Shown here piece by piece: positions 36,101-45,746 of a DNA stretch of 64,000 nucleotides. The translations under genes were made by a program, and so were the position numbers. The stretch is taken from IMG/VR virus record IMGVR_UViG_3300042549_006197, positions 1 to 64,000 of that record, one strand, 5' to 3'. The stretch comes from a virus. Its lineage: Duplodnaviria > Caudoviricetes. Position 1 is the stretch's first letter. Every line of letters begins with the position of its first letter. The notes under the pieces were generated by a model that saw nothing but the letters and a program-made list of their open reading frames with translations, searched no databases and had not been told where the DNA came from.

Positions 36101-38390
36101 AGGATTCACACTCTCCCTCCTCAACTTTACTTAACTCATTAATTAGATTTTCAAGATTGGGTTTCTTATCTTCAGTTACCTCATCAGTTTTGGCATCATA
36201 TGTGTTTTGGTAATAAGAAGTTTTCCACCCGTATTTGTATGTAGTCAAAAAGTCATTTGCCATGACCGAAACTGGAACTTCATTATCTGGATAATTTTCT
36301 GGATTGTAACTCCAGTTACCAGAAATTGCTTGATCAAAGAACTTTTGCATCATAGCAACAATTTTAATGTATCCCTCATTACTCTTCATATCCCATAACA
36401 ATGTGTAATTGTTTTTCAATGATGTGTATTGTGGAACAACTTGCTTAAGAGGCCCCTTCTTCGATTTCTTAATGGACAAGAATCCACGAGGGGGTTCGAT
36501 TCCATTGGTTGCGTTTGACACAACGGAACTGCTCTCCGATGGCATCTGTGCGGACAGTGTACTGTGTCGGAGACCATGCTCCAGGATAGATAGTCTAAGA
36601 GTTTCCCAATCATGTTGATACTTAGGGGCAACGATTTCGTCTACTTCTTTTTTGTAAGTGTCAATGGGCAGTATGCCATCTGCATACTTGGTACGACCAA
36701 AGTTTTCGCAATAGCCTTTCTCCTTGGCGAGTTGATTTGATGCCTTCAGGAGAAAATACTGGAATGATTCTGAAAGACCATGAACAGCGTTCCATGCTTC
36801 TTGAGAATCATATTTGAATCCAAGTTTTGCCAAATAGTGCGCTAACCCAATAAACCCTATACCGAGCGAACGACGTGCCTTGGTGGCGATTTCTGCTGCC
36901 TTTACGGGATAGTTCTGATAATCAATCAACTCATCCAGAGAACGAACAGAAAGATCACAAAGGTCTTCAAGTTCTTCATCAGATTTTACCTTACCAACGT
37001 TGATGGCTGAAAGAATACACAAAGCAATTTCACCATGCTCTTCATCGATATGCTGAATTGGATAAGTTGGTAGAGTAATTTCTTGACATAGATTGCTCAT
37101 CTCAATCTTATCCTTAAAGGATGAGTGAGAATTGCAATGATCAAGGTTCATGATGTAGATACGACCTGTCTCAGCACGTTCTTTGAGGAGGTCAAGAATG
37201 AGTTCTTGTGCCTTAACAGTTTTTTTCTTAATGGACGGATCTTTTTCATATTGTACATAGAGATCGTCAAAGCGATCTGATCCGAAAGCATCATAAAGTC
37301 CAGGTACATCGTGTGGAGAGAAAAGAGTGATCTCGCCATCTTGAATGAATCTTTCATAGAATAACTTACTAATCTGAATTGAGTAATCGAGTTTACGGAC
37401 ACGATTATCTTCTGTGCCTTTGTTGTTCTTAAGAACAAGAATATCTTCTATTTCTTGGTGCCAGATTGGAAAGTGGACAGTTGCTGATCCACCTCTGATG
37501 CCATTTTGAGTACAGCATCGGACAGTTGCCTCAAACTTTTTGAGGAATGGGATAACACCAGTGTGCTGTACTTCGCCACCTCGGATTTTAGAGTTGATCC
37601 CACGGATTCGGCCTGCGTTGATACCAATTCCCGCTCTTTGAGCAACATACCGACCAATTGCCATATCAGAGCTGAAGATGCTATCAAGGGTGTCATCAAC
37701 ATCAATAAGAACACAACTTGCAAATTGGCGAAGTGGGGTTCTAACACCTGCCATGATTGGCGTAGGAATGTTGATTTTGTGCTTACTGATTGCGTCGTAG
37801 TATCGTTTGACATAAGACAGACGAGTCTCCTTTGGATATTCTGTGAAGATAGTCAATGCAATCATGATATACATGAACTGGGGAGTTTCATAAACTCCAC
37901 CGTTGCTACGATCCTGTACAAGGTACTTATCTACAACTTGACGAAGACCAGCATAAGTGAATAGAAAGTCTCTTTCATGATCGATGAAACTATTTACTTT
38001 ATCGATTTCTTCTTGAGAATACTTTGTGTAAATATCATGATCGTAAACTTCGGCAGAAACACAATCAATAATGTGTTGCTCAAGATGAGGAAGTTCTCTC
38101 ATCTTACCATAAAGATTTTTACGCAAAGCAAACATGAGCAATCTTGCTGCAACATATTGATAGTTTGGATGATCCAAATCAATCAAATCTGAAGCAGAAC
38201 GAATCAAAATTTCTTGAATTTCTCCAGTGGTGATTCCATCGTAAAATTGGATGCCTGATTGCATTTCAACTTGACTCGCAGAGACCCCTTTAAGACCCCT
38301 ACATGCCTCTTCAACCATCAAATGCATCTTATCTAAGTCAAGAGTTTCAATTGAACCATTTCTCTTGACAACCTTTGTTCCGTTACTCAT
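36090..38390 (-). CDS. nrdA: Ribonucleotide reductase class Ia alpha subunit
   Basis: ATP cone VVKRNG, PTPIMAG, SNLCQE, C-terminal CESCAV; no intein or intron. Confidence 0.98.
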   Translation of the reverse strand: MSNGTKVVKRNGSIETLDLDKMHLMVEEACRGLKGVSASQVEMQSGIQFYDGITTGEIQEILIRSASDLIDLDHPNYQYVAARLLMFALRKNLYGKMRELPHLEQHIIDCVSAEVYDHDIYTKYSQEEIDKVNSFIDHERDFLFTYAGLRQVVDKYLVQDRSNGGVYETPQFMYIMIALTIFTEYPKETRLSYVKRYYDAISKHKINIPTPIMAGVRTPLRQFASCVLIDVDDTLDSIFSSDMAIGRYVAQRAGIGINAGRIRGINSKIRGGEVQHTGVIPFLKKFEATVRCCTQNGIRGGSATVHFPIWHQEIEDILVLKNNKGTEDNRVRKLDYSIQISKLFYERFIQDGEITLFSPHDVPGLYDAFGSDRFDDLYVQYEKDPSIKKKTVKAQELILDLLKERAETGRIYIMNLDHCNSHSSFKDKIEMSNLCQEITLPTYPIQHIDEEHGEIALCILSAINVGKVKSDEELEDLCDLSVRSLDELIDYQNYPVKAAEIATKARRSLGIGFIGLAHYLAKLGFKYDSQEAWNAVHGLSESFQYFLLKASNQLAKEKGYCENFGRTKYADGILPIDTYKKEVDEIVAPKYQHDWETLRLSILEHGLRHSTLSAQMPSESSSVVSNATNGIEPPRGFLSIKKSKKGPLKQVVPQYTSLKNNYTLLWDMKSNEGYIKIVAMMQKFFDQAISGNWSYNPENYPDNEVPVSVMANDFLTTYKYGWKTSYYQNTYDAKTDEVTEDKKPNLENLINELSKVEEGECESCAV

Positions 38391-39355
38391 ATTTTTTTCC
38401 AAGTAGTAAACTTTAACTTTGCTTCTAATCCACTATAAGTATTCGATTCTATCACAGACTGAACATTAAGTCCAGACAAAACCATATCATTAATGTCCTT
38501 TTGGTTTATACTAGATGACCAAATGACGACTCTTTCTCCTCTTGATATAACATTGGAGATGCGGGAGTGTATTTCTGCATTTCGTGGTTCGTTATCATAG
38601 ATCCACACAGGATTGCTAATCCCCCACTTACTAAGATCACCATCAGCTCCACACAGAGCAATCGAATTTGAAATGAATGTTGAGTCAAATGGTCCTTCCG
38701 TAACATAAACTGTTTTCTTCTTGTTAAGGTCATCGAGTCCATAAATCTTTGGTGCATCATCAAAAAGCATGACAGTGATATATTTATTGGGAGATGGACC
38801 CAATGCTCTTCCCTGAAAACCGATTAGATCTTTTTGATAGTACAGAGGAATTATGATGCGAGACTCTTCGTAATCTGTATTTGCAAATGTTGGTTTAAGC
38901 GAGTTAGTGAACTCCTTAAACTTTTCTGCATAATAAAACTTCGTTGGGTCGAGTTTACGTTTCTCAAGATAGGTTCTACCACGCTCCACTTCAGAACATA
39001 GAGGGAGAACAATCTTGGTTTTAAATACAGGTTTTTCAAAAACGAAATCTGGTTCATCAGTAATAAAGTTTCTTCCAGTATGCCCCTCTTTAAACTTTTC
39101 AAACGTATATTGTTTATACGTTGTAGAATCTAACTGCTTCAGAAAATTATTGAAAGAAACATTGACTCCACAGTTGTGACACTTGAAGTTTGTATTATTC
39201 TTGACTTGATACAGATATCCTCTGGATTTACTCTTGTTCTTCTTTGAGTCTCCACAAATCGGACATCTAAAATTATAAAGATTATTTTTTACTCTTTTAA
39301 AATTTAACAGTCTTGCAGAAATCAAATTGATGTATTTAACATCAACATAATCCAT
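38387..39355 (-). CDS. gp61: DNA primase (T4 gp61-like)
   Basis: CPICGDS...CHNC zinc finger, TEGPFDS, DNEPRN, KDIND. Confidence 0.95.
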   Translation of the reverse strand: MDYVDVKYINLISARLLNFKRVKNNLYNFRCPICGDSKKNKSKSRGYLYQVKNNTNFKCHNCGVNVSFNNFLKQLDSTTYKQYTFEKFKEGHTGRNFITDEPDFVFEKPVFKTKIVLPLCSEVERGRTYLEKRKLDPTKFYYAEKFKEFTNSLKPTFANTDYEESRIIIPLYYQKDLIGFQGRALGPSPNKYITVMLFDDAPKIYGLDDLNKKKTVYVTEGPFDSTFISNSIALCGADGDLSKWGISNPVWIYDNEPRNAEIHSRISNVISRGERVVIWSSSINQKDINDMVLSGLNVQSVIESNTYSGLEAKLKFTTWKKI

Positions 39356-39357
39356 AA

Positions 39358-39738
39358 TCAAACTCTATAATTTCGCTGCTCCATTATAGGACTTTGACTG
39401 CCTGGTGTCAAGAACTGCACAATCTTTGTATTCATTAAAAATGTCAAGCAGGCGATTGCTCCAATAGCCATCCAAACACGTTTCTCGATCAGCGATACTC
39501 TTGACACAATGATGTCATAATCGCTGTCAACCTTATCACGGAGTTTGTCAATTTTTGTAAAGAGTATACTGTCAGATTCTTCTTGCTTAGTGATTCTTTC
39601 TTCATGTACCGCGAGCATCTTACTCACATTACTATTTACTTCACTAAGTTTTTCAATAGCATTATCAATCTTGACAATAATATCTTTTACATCTTCTAGT
39701 TTTTGTTCTAGAACTGCGACTCTAATTTCTTCGGCCAT
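39358..39738 (-). CDS. Coiled-coil protein with C-terminal TM
   Basis: MLAVHEERI; hydrophobic segment near C-terminus. Confidence 0.75.
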   Translation of the reverse strand: MAEEIRVAVLEQKLEDVKDIIVKIDNAIEKLSEVNSNVSKMLAVHEERITKQEESDSILFTKIDKLRDKVDSDYDIIVSRVSLIEKRVWMAIGAIACLTFLMNTKIVQFLTPGSQSPIMEQRNYRV

Positions 39739-39791
39739 GGTGAGAATTCTTTACTCCTAGGTCTCAACAAATGGCATTTTGTAGATCAAAA

Positions 39792-39995
39792 TTATTTATC
39801 ATTTTTCCACCTTTTACGAGAACCAGGAGGTAACTTAATCTGTGGTCCTTTTCTTCTTCTCAATCCCATTACAGGATCAAATCCAGCGGTTGGTCCTTTT
39901 GGATCTGAAGAACCACTAAACCCACCAGAACCCCCTGGAGCATTCGCTACCATTTGTTCTCTTATTATTTGAATGATTCTATCAAGATTGGCCAT
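39792..39995 (-). CDS. Hypothetical protein
   Basis: Gly-rich middle, basic tail. Confidence 0.7.
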   Translation of the reverse strand: MANLDRIIQIIREQMVANAPGGSGGFSGSSDPKGPTAGFDPVMGLRRRKGPQIKLPPGSRKRWKNDK

Positions 39996-40371
39996 TTTTA
40001 CAAATGCTCTGAAGTTCTGATAGGCATGTTATATCCACTGGAACATCGTGTATATAACATCTTGGAGTCTCTGGTAATTTATTTAAAAATAAAATAAATG
40101 TTTTTACTGTAGACCAAAGATCATTTTCAATCTTATAAAATAACATTGGAGTGGCAGCATCACTAAAAATATTATAAAGAATGATAAAGTGATTCAAAAG
40201 CAAATGCGCTTTCAATTCTCCAGTGTTCTTATACTTTTTAAGCAAACGCTTAATGTATTTGAAATGCTGTAGGTCTTTATCAAAATCTTCTTTGGTTACT
40301 GCCTGAGGATTTTCATAATGTTTGATGGCAAAGAGAAGAAAGTTTTCCTCATTCAATTCATTAAAAATCAT
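39982..40371 (-). CDS. Conserved T4-like hypothetical protein
   Basis: FLLFAIKHYENP...KYIKRLL...LLLNHFIILYNIF. Confidence 0.8.
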   Translation of the reverse strand: MIFNELNEENFLLFAIKHYENPQAVTKEDFDKDLQHFKYIKRLLKKYKNTGELKAHLLLNHFIILYNIFSDAATPMLFYKIENDLWSTVKTFILFLNKLPETPRCYIHDVPVDITCLSELQSICKNGQS

Positions 40372-40377
40372 AAATTA

Positions 40378-40902
40378 TCAAGCAACCGTTGGATCGCCGT
40401 CGTAAATTGGAAGATTGCCAGTAGTGATACCAGACATTGCAACCAGAGTCTCGGTCTTAACTCTTAAAGTTCCAGTATTGTCATTGTAAGTTGTAACACC
40501 AACCCAACCTTCGTGAGTTAATGCATATGAAGTCCCTTGAGCAGCAGCAATACCACCTTCAGCAACACCATAAACGTGTGGTTCGTAGTTGGTATTAATT
40601 TCACTCCAACGACTATCAAGAACAGTATACTTAGGTTGTTCACTGATTTGGAAGTCAGTGGCAGCAACTGCAACACCACTCAACCCAGCGGTTGATGCAA
40701 TGGAGAGTTGTGTGGTACTTGCAATACCAACGATTACAGCATTTCCAATTTCTCCTCTTGGACCAAAACGAATTACATCTCCAGTCGCAGCTGCGCCAAC
40801 TTGACCAAAGGTTGTACCACTACCAGTTACAACAAGGGTTGAATAATTAAGAGATACTGTTCCACCGGAACCTTTATTGTCATTATTTCCCCAGAGTGCC
40901 AT
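40378..40902 (-). CDS. Putative virion structural protein
   Basis: MALWG start, HEGWV, RVKTETLVAM; late promoter upstream. Confidence 0.7.
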   Translation of the reverse strand: MALWGNNDNKGSGGTVSLNYSTLVVTGSGTTFGQVGAAATGDVIRFGPRGEIGNAVIVGIASTTQLSIASTAGLSGVAVAATDFQISEQPKYTVLDSRWSEINTNYEPHVYGVAEGGIAAAQGTSYALTHEGWVGVTTYNDNTGTLRVKTETLVAMSGITTGNLPIYDGDPTVA

Positions 40903-40932
40903 GTTCTTTTCCGTAAAAAATTTTGCTAGAAA

Positions 40933-40972
40933 TATTTATAAAAAAAGGAGACCTTACTTTTGGTCTCCTTTT
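40933..40972 (-). promoter_or_regulatory. Terminator plus late promoter
   Basis: GGAGACC..GGTCTCC-T run, then TATAAATA. Confidence 0.8.
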
Positions 40973-40991
40973 TAATTGAGTTTAAACTTTA

Positions 40992-41171
40992 TCAAGGAGT
41001 AATATCCTTTGCACCTTTGTTCTTCAACTGTGCTTGCACTTGTAAAAGAATGAGTGAGAGAATACCGTTTGACTTGACTTTTGGGTTTGCTCCGAGTGCT
41101 TCAGAAACTGCAAACAAAACGGTTGCAATTAAAGCCTGGTTAGCAAGACACCATGCTACTAAAGCGGACAT
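40992..41171 (-). CDS. 59-aa membrane hypothetical protein
   Basis: GGAGG RBS; MSALVAWCLANQALIATVLFAVSE. Confidence 0.7.
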   Translation of the reverse strand: MSALVAWCLANQALIATVLFAVSEALGANPKVKSNGILSLILLQVQAQLKNKGAKDITP

Positions 41172-41214
41172 AATGACCTCCATGTAAAAAGTGTATCCTG
41201 TCCTATTTAGAAAA

Positions 41215-42594
41215 TCAATCCCTTGGAGAATGCATTGCGTCTTGTGCTCTTTGAGCGGAATCGCGGCGTCTTTTAACTTTTTCTGCAGGAGTGATCTGTG
41301 TAGATGGTTTTTTCTCACCAGGAACTTTTTTCTTTCCTCTTGGTTGAACACCCATTCTACCCGCACCCATAGATTTTGAAATTAATTCAAATGCTTTATC
41401 TCTGGGTTTTCTTGGAGTTCCCTTTTCTTCTCTTCTTCTTTCATCAATAACTTCACCTTCTGGTTCATAAGAGGCACTGATTCCAGTTACACCCGATCTT
41501 ACTGCTCTTTGCTTTTGCTGTAACAATTGCAGCATTCTCTGCTGCTGTTGCTTTTCAACTTTTTTTTCGGCAGGATCTTGAGATTCTGCCTCAGCTAACT
41601 TTTTTGCTTGCTTCGTGGCAGTAGCATACATAACTTCTTTACCACGACCAGGATATCTCTTTTCAAAATCGCCTGCACTCTTCTTCATCGACTTAACGAT
41701 TTGCTCTTTCTTCTTTGTTTCTGCAGGAGTCAGAGTCTTTTCATCAAGTTGATATTCTTCATTATGTGCTGGTGATTGGCCGATACGATCAAATCTTTCC
41801 TTTTCTTTCTGTCTGGTGATTGCACTTACAATCTTTGAAGATTTCTTTTGTGCAACTTCTTTTTTCTTGCCAGTTGAAGAAACTGCAGTGCGAGCAAGGT
41901 TACCTGCCCTACGGTACATTGCACCTTCTTTCTTTTTATCAATTGGTTGATATGCTTCATCAACTTCAACAGTCTCAAGAAGAACTCCACCAAGATCTTC
42001 TACTGCTTCTTTGAAGTCGGGATTAATTACAACTTTGTTGTTTATGTTTTTCTTCTCTTTAATCTGATTATGCTCTTCTTCCTTTTCAATTTTGTCCATT
42101 ACTTCGGCAAGATCTTGTCTCCAGTTAGAGAATGATTCTTTGCGAGTTGCAATAGCAGTACCACGAACCTTACGACGGTTTAAAAGATACTTATCAGACT
42201 TATCATGATCTCCATCATTATCAATATCTTTATCTTCCTTTCCAACGGGATCAAGAGATTCTCTTGTCATACCAGGAATATGCTTTCCTTTAGTTTTCTT
42301 ATCAATGTAAGAAATTTGGTGTCCCTGATACTTTCCATAATTCTTACCCTCGCTTGGAGGGAGTTTCTTAGTTAAAGTATCACCTGCCCTTCTTTCTGCA
42401 GAAGCAGCCTTTCTCATTTCAGTATCTTGTCCTCTAACTGCCTCTGCAACTTCTTTCTTGTCCTTAAGAGCCTTCTTCATTGACTCTTTTTTATTACCAT
42501 CCTTATCAAAGTCAAGATAATCTGGTTTTGCCGCTTCAGTGGCAATCGTCTCTAAGTAAACCTTAGAGATATCGTTAAGAATATTCATCGACAT
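41215..42594 (-). CDS. Charged modular protein, candidate internal head protein
   Basis: K/E-rich modules separated by hydrophobic-X-E motifs; DxDxDG motifs; ATAAATA upstream. Confidence 0.6.
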   Translation of the reverse strand: MSMNILNDISKVYLETIATEAAKPDYLDFDKDGNKKESMKKALKDKKEVAEAVRGQDTEMRKAASAERRAGDTLTKKLPPSEGKNYGKYQGHQISYIDKKTKGKHIPGMTRESLDPVGKEDKDIDNDGDHDKSDKYLLNRRKVRGTAIATRKESFSNWRQDLAEVMDKIEKEEEHNQIKEKKNINNKVVINPDFKEAVEDLGGVLLETVEVDEAYQPIDKKKEGAMYRRAGNLARTAVSSTGKKKEVAQKKSSKIVSAITRQKEKERFDRIGQSPAHNEEYQLDEKTLTPAETKKKEQIVKSMKKSAGDFEKRYPGRGKEVMYATATKQAKKLAEAESQDPAEKKVEKQQQQRMLQLLQQKQRAVRSGVTGISASYEPEGEVIDERRREEKGTPRKPRDKAFELISKSMGAGRMGVQPRGKKKVPGEKKPSTQITPAEKVKRRRDSAQRAQDAMHSPRD

Positions 42595-42606
42595 GGTAAT
42601 TTGAAT

Positions 42607-43869
42607 TTATTTTTTCTTATACTTATTTATGAAATTAATACCATATGACTTTCCACCATACTGAAGATTTTCTTTTCCGACACCTAAAGATCCTGGTGTC
42701 ATTTTTGCTGCTGTTTTAAAATAACCAGTGGTTCCAATTAATGTATTTGGTTTCTTTGGAGTTCTCATCTGCTTATCCATCTTGACTTCAGTATATTCCA
42801 TCAAATCTTTAATCCAAGACTTGAACATCCAACCTTCTTTGGTTACACAGATTAAGTGATTGGCTCCACGACGCATTACTTCACCAACCAAACCAGTGTT
42901 TAAATTCTCTACAAGGTCTCCAAGTCTAAAAATCTTTTTGGTTATATAATTTTCACGGAGATTCCACATATCAAACTTAGGAGCAATCTCCCAAAGATTA
43001 TATGACTCTTTTGTAGATACTCTCATGGATTTACGGAGAGCATTGAAAAGATTTTTTGTTTCTTCCGGACCTAATGACTTTGGAATTCCAGATTTAAAAG
43101 TCTCAAAATCATTATCCGCTGCTGCCTTTCTCAATTTAGATGCAGACATTCCCTCTACACCCTCAGCATCAGCGTCACGTTCGCCTGCAGATACGACATT
43201 AATCATATCAAAAGTATAAAGATCTCCATTATACTTATTAGCTAAGTTCTTAAATTCACCAAGACGATCTGCACCAACAACAATAGTTACATCAGTAAAT
43301 CCGTCTTCATCAGCAACTTTTAGAACATCAAAGATTGATTTCATATTGTCATCATCAATAATATTCTCCTCATATTTGGGGAACATTTTCTTCATGTAAT
43401 CAATCTTCGTTGAAGGATCTAATGGATTCTTCTTTGCATCTTGAGTTCTGGATGGGTAGATTCTCAATTCGGATCCAGCAGAAATGTTTGATGCAGAATC
43501 AAGAAGTTTTTTATGACCCGTTGTTGGTGGATTGAAACGACCAAATACAACTGTCACACCTTTACCATCTTCATCACCACGAAGAACTTCTGCTTCTTTT
43601 CTTTGTGGTTGTTGCTCTTGTGGTTTCGTTGCAGATTGAGTTGCAGCAACTTGCTGATTCGCTTTTGTTCTTTGTTGAGGAATATCCCTTTGCCCAGTTC
43701 TTTGCCCCTGATTATAAAACTTCAGTTCTCCACTTTCTGTTTTTGCAACAAATTCTCCCTGGGGATTGTACCAACCGCCGTGGCCATCACCCTTGAGTCC
43801 CATGCGTCGTGCCTGCATTGACGCTTGGGATTCTTTTGCTTCGTTCAGAAAGTTGAAAAACTGTTTCAT
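42607..43869 (-). CDS. Cytidyltransferase-like nucleotidyltransferase
   Basis: FGRFNPPTTGH, VVGADR, SAGERD, MSASKLR. Confidence 0.88.
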   Translation of the reverse strand: MKQFFNFLNEAKESQASMQARRMGLKGDGHGGWYNPQGEFVAKTESGELKFYNQGQRTGQRDIPQQRTKANQQVAATQSATKPQEQQPQRKEAEVLRGDEDGKGVTVVFGRFNPPTTGHKKLLDSASNISAGSELRIYPSRTQDAKKNPLDPSTKIDYMKKMFPKYEENIIDDDNMKSIFDVLKVADEDGFTDVTIVVGADRLGEFKNLANKYNGDLYTFDMINVVSAGERDADAEGVEGMSASKLRKAAADNDFETFKSGIPKSLGPEETKNLFNALRKSMRVSTKESYNLWEIAPKFDMWNLRENYITKKIFRLGDLVENLNTGLVGEVMRRGANHLICVTKEGWMFKSWIKDLMEYTEVKMDKQMRTPKKPNTLIGTTGYFKTAAKMTPGSLGVGKENLQYGGKSYGINFINKYKKK

Positions 43870-43895
43870 ATTTATCTTAATATAAACTTATTTAT

Positions 43896-44618
43896 TCAAA
43901 ACTCTACAGTCAGAGCATTTTTAGGTGGTTTTTTTGCTGTTACGATTCTTCTTCCAGAATCTCCTCTACTTGGAGATCTTCCAAGAATCAATGGAAGACC
44001 TTTAGAATCTTTCTTGGTTGGCTCAAAAGGTTGGTCTTCTCTTCTTTTTCTAAGTCTCAAATATAAATCATTATCTTTAGCATATTTCTTTGCTTCATAA
44101 AAATTACCATTAACTCTTAACGTACCACCAGAAAATGAGGATGTAACATCCATGGGTCCAATGTACATATAGTGAATTGGTCCACCCATTTTTTTATTGC
44201 CAACAACAATTGTTTCTTTTAAAGAATCACTAACTTTTCCATACATATCTGGAAGCCCAGACATTCCTGCCTTGAATCCTTTTTTCTTATACTCTGATAA
44301 TGCTGCTTCCAAAAACAATTTAGTTAAACCTGGAACAGCAAGTTCTAATCCAGCTAATCCCCCACCTGCAATACTAGGAGCACTTTCACCTTTATTTGAA
44401 ACATTAATTTTTTTTGTTGTAGTTGTAATAATCACATCAGTATATGGTTCAGTTCCAGCAGATGATCTTCCCTCAAATTTTTCTGCTGAGATTACATTAG
44501 TTATTCTCACTCCATTTGCACCAACGAGAGTAAATGGTTTTGCTCCATTTTTTCCATATCCACTATTAATAGCATCAACCAATCCTCTTTCTTGACGCTC
44601 AGCGAGTAACCCTGCCAT
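43896..44618 (-). CDS. Hypothetical protein, possible PD-(D/E)xK nuclease
   Basis: E...PYTDVII...NVSNKG pattern. Confidence 0.5.
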   Translation of the reverse strand: MAGLLAERQERGLVDAINSGYGKNGAKPFTLVGANGVRITNVISAEKFEGRSSAGTEPYTDVIITTTTKKINVSNKGESAPSIAGGGLAGLELAVPGLTKLFLEAALSEYKKKGFKAGMSGLPDMYGKVSDSLKETIVVGNKKMGGPIHYMYIGPMDVTSSFSGGTLRVNGNFYEAKKYAKDNDLYLRLRKRREDQPFEPTKKDSKGLPLILGRSPSRGDSGRRIVTAKKPPKNALTVEF

Positions 44619-44652
44619 CCTTTGGAATTTATTATTCTTCTGTAATATTTAG

Positions 44653-44725
44653 TGGAGATAAGGAGACTCGAACTCCTGACATCCTGCTTGCAAAGCAGGC
44701 GCTCTACCAACTGAGCTATATCCCC
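44653..44725 (-). tRNA. tRNA-Ala(TGC)
   Basis: GGGGATA/TATCTCC with G3:U70; CCTGC-TTTGCAA-GCAGG. Confidence 0.96.
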
Positions 44726-44749
44726 AGAAAACCCCGAAGGGTAATTTAT

Positions 44750-45163
44750 TTATAGATCTCCTTCAACACGATTTTCGGAACGATAAACATCAAACGCACC
44801 CTCAGGATAACGAGCACTCAGTTTATCAAAGTTCATTTGCAGAACTTCTTCAAAGTTTGTATCAAGTGCCATACATGCTTGTGCAAGATACCAACAGATA
44901 TCTCCAAGTTCACGCTTCAGGTGAAATACATTTTCTTCGTTATATGGTTTACCTTGGAGAAAAATCTTTTTCACCACTTCAGTAAACTCACCCGCTTCAG
45001 CAGTCATGCCCAGAGCTGCTGTCAAAAGGCGAGGAACATCGGCATCAAACTCAACTTCAAGTTGTGACAGGCGAGAAACTAAATCTGCATAGTTGCTACT
45101 TGCAGGACTTGTAGTTTGACGAACGAATTCAATATACTTGTTTGTATCAATAATTTTAGTCAT
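44750..45163 (-). CDS. mazG: MazG-like nucleotide pyrophosphohydrolase
   Basis: EAGEFTEVVKK, RELGDICWY, KLSARYP. Confidence 0.93.
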   Translation of the reverse strand: MTKIIDTNKYIEFVRQTTSPASSNYADLVSRLSQLEVEFDADVPRLLTAALGMTAEAGEFTEVVKKIFLQGKPYNEENVFHLKRELGDICWYLAQACMALDTNFEEVLQMNFDKLSARYPEGAFDVYRSENRVEGDL

Positions 45164-45227
45164 ATAATTAAGTGATTTTTTTGGTTTTTGTAATTGTAGT
45201 CGTTATCTTTTTTGGCGTCAAGTAAAT

Positions 45228-45746
45228 TTATTCCATAAGATATTCGGCATTTTTAGTAAACCACATTGCCAATGTATATCTTGGATTATTTTTAATTAAA
45301 TTGACTCCATGTGGATAATAAGAGGGAAAAATAACAACCTTTCCTTTTTTTGGTATGCATGAATAATTATGTTTTGGTAAAAAAGTTTCCCCCCCATCAT
45401 AATCATCATTTAAATAACATATTGAAGTATAGTGTCGCATAATCACATCTGGATGTCCATTATCAACATGAATTTTCATATTCATTTCTGGATACCATTT
45501 TACAATATCACAAAATTCGGGAAATATAAATTCTTGATATTGAATATATGCTTGTTGTGTTACTTTGTAGATAACAGATTTTATTTTTTTTCTCAATGGC
45601 ACATCTCCAATTTCGGAAATACAAAGAGTTCTTCCACTGAAAAAATCTATATTTTGAGATGTGGTTCTTTTTTGAGAATATTCAAAATACTCAATTATAT
45701 TATTGCATAAATTTTTTTCTATGAGATCTGGAAATTCATGAATCAT
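45228..45746 (-). CDS. 2OG-Fe(II) oxygenase (prolyl-hydroxylase-like)
   Basis: HVD, YLNDDYDGGET, HGV, RYT. Confidence 0.9.
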   Translation of the reverse strand: MIHEFPDLIEKNLCNNIIEYFEYSQKRTTSQNIDFFSGRTLCISEIGDVPLRKKIKSVIYKVTQQAYIQYQEFIFPEFCDIVKWYPEMNMKIHVDNGHPDVIMRHYTSICYLNDDYDGGETFLPKHNYSCIPKKGKVVIFPSYYPHGVNLIKNNPRYTLAMWFTKNAEYLME

